The notes under the pieces were generated by a model. It was not told the DNA's origin. It ran no database searches and saw only the letters and a program-made list of their open reading frames with translations. Of a stretch of 64,000 bases of DNA, positions 62,027 through 64,000 are shown one piece after another (positions within the stretch are counted from its first letter, which is position 1; each line of letters starts with the position of its first letter). A program made the translations under genes and the position numbers. Source of the stretch: Mobula hypostoma (lineage: Eukaryota). The stretch lies in the NCBI RefSeq assembly GCF_963921235.1, contig NC_086105.1, positions 23,684,001-23,748,000 of the forward strand, given 5' to 3'.

Positions 62027-64000
62027 TGTCATGTGACCAGCAACAATGAATATATAATTGAGTCAAGTTTTATAAACAAACATAAACATTTATTTAACTC
62101 TGCTCAACAATTGCGAAAAGTATTCAAACAACTAATTTAACCAGAAGTTAACTGCTATACGGCAACTCTGGTTCTTAAAATGGTAAATTCGAAAGTCCAA
62201 GTGAACACAGTCAATTAGGAGAGACTTCTCTGGAAACGGATTTCTTCGGAGACATAATGTTACTGCTGGTTCTGTCCAAAGGATTCATGATGAAGGAAAT
62301 AAAACGGCTTAAAGGAACTGACCTTTTCCTGGCAAATGGACACTGCCAAAAACCTTCCTGATATTACAGGGGTTATCTCAGATGCAGGTCACTATTTCTG
62401 AATGAAGATTCAATCAGGTCGATCCTTTATGAAACCGCCGAATGACACCAACTTTACTCGATCCTTCAGCTTCCCGTACTTTACTAAGGTCTTCACTCTC
62501 CAATATTAGACTTACAATAGAAAGTAAAACTCCACTTTAAAACAGAACTGTGTCATGAGATGAATACGCAGCATAACGGAGTAACTAACAAATTAAACAA
62601 TGAACTAAACTGCATAACAACAGGGGTTTCCCATTATATACCTGTTGAGAATATGTCATCACGTGACTTCACACTGGCGGGAAAATCACATCACCCCACC
62701 ATCACGAGACCATTAGATCATGCTCACAAGATACTCACTTACATCATGGCCATAAGACAGTCACAAGGTACCCACGAGGTATGTAACACCTCCCTCCAAA
62801 AAAGGAAAATTTTTGGTCTTTTATGAGCAAAATTTTAACAACTATTTACAAAAAAACCACGCATGTATAAAACCTACAACATACACAATATACACAGTAT
62901 TATCATACAGAACCTTGCAAACTAATATACAGTAGGAGTGTTACAAATGTTAAAATACCACTCCCCATCAAAAAAAATTTACATTGGTACATTCAACATT
63001 GAGATAGACAGTCAGCGATCACATTATCTTTACCTTTAATGTGAGTTATCAAAATATTATACTCCTGTAACATCAAACTCCAATTCAGTAACCTTCTATT
63101 TTTGTTTTTCATCACTCAAAAACACTAACAGATTATGATCGGTGTAAACTGAGTGGTTTCTCAGTTGTACCAACGTACACATCAAAATGTTGTAAAGCCA
63201 AAACGGGATAATAATTCCTTTTCTATGGTTGAATAATTTCTTTGATGCAAATTAAATTTCTTAGAAAAGTAAGCTACTGGACGATCAACCTCATCACCAT
63301 CATCCCTTTGAAGTAACACTGCTCCAGCAGCCTCATCACTAGCATCTACAGCTAATGAAAATGGTTTTGCAAAGTCAGGTGATTTGAGCACAGGTTGATG
63401 ACATAGCATAGTTTTCAATTTATCAAATGCCTCCTGACAAGGTTCTGTCCAAACAAACTTTGCACTTTTCTTGAAAAGATTGGAAGGGCAATGTCAGCAA
63501 AATTCTTGCAAAATTTATGGTAATATCCTACTATTCCCAAGAATCTTCTGAGAGTTTTTTTACCAGTTGGAGTGGGTACCTCTAAAATTGCCTGAACAAG
63601 AGCTAACTTACCCTCACCCACAACATAACCAAGGTAAGTCACAGTGGCATGACCAAATTCACTTTTAGCTAAGTTAATAGTTAAATTGGCTTTTGAAAGC
63701 CTTTCAAATAGTTTCTCCACTGCAGTAATATGTGCTTCCCAAGTATCACTTCCTGTAATTAAATCATCAATATAGGCATCTGTATCTTTTAACCCATGAA
63801 TCACAGAATTAATCATTCTCTGGAAAGTTCCTGGTGCATCCTTCATCCCAAAGGAAAGAACATTATATTCATATAACCCAGATGGGGTTACAAATGCAGA
63901 AATCTCTCTACCTCTATCTGTCAATGGAACACACCAAAAACCTTTTAACAAATCAATCTTTGTAAGGAACTTTGCTTTTCCCACTTTATCCACACAATCA
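62027..64000 (-). mobile_element. Gypsy LTR retrotransposon 3' part (RT, RNase H, PPT, 3' LTR 62027-62788), Gmr1-like; runs off the window
   Basis: KIDLLKGFW, YIDD, YLGYVV, AVDAS, VAYFSKK, NYSTIEKE and ...HIKGKDNVIADCLS* (stop about 62993). On minus, PPT GGAGGGAGG is immediately followed by TGTTACA; LTR ends TGACA. Confidence 0.9.

Noticed and set aside
26000-64000. Exons of the next expected syntenic gene (BMT2/SAMTOR)
   Set aside because: No ORF or exon-like segment that I can match to it. It probably lies beyond the window, although small exons could be missed by eye.

Overview
Vertebrate nuclear DNA, inferred from its repeat complement (V-SINEs, abundant CR1, Penelope, Rex1/Babar) to be a cartilaginous fish, probably a ray. 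Two genes are well supported, both on +. SMIM30 is a 60-aa microprotein (15329-15511) in a CpG island. GPR85/SREB2 is an orphan GPCR with an intronless CDS (24708-25835). The two are also neighbours in human 7q31. Most of the rest is decayed and nested transposable elements. The most notable non-genic signal is a dispersed family of minimal hammerhead-ribozyme motifs in Penelope-like element (PLE) tails: three have intact cores and about ten are decayed. Two of the intact ones sit in a 169-bp inverted repeat bounded by a target-site duplication (TSD). Other unusual architectures are a twin-primed (5'-inverted) L1, two copies of a five-TIR fold-back mariner derivative, two hAT/Buster elements carrying the same captured CR1 3' end, and a Gypsy whose pol ends at RNase H (Gmr1-like order). 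I do not see a convincing wholly new protein-coding system. Repeat boundaries are approximate unless a TSD or TIR is quoted. Homology calls come from recalled sequences, not from searches.
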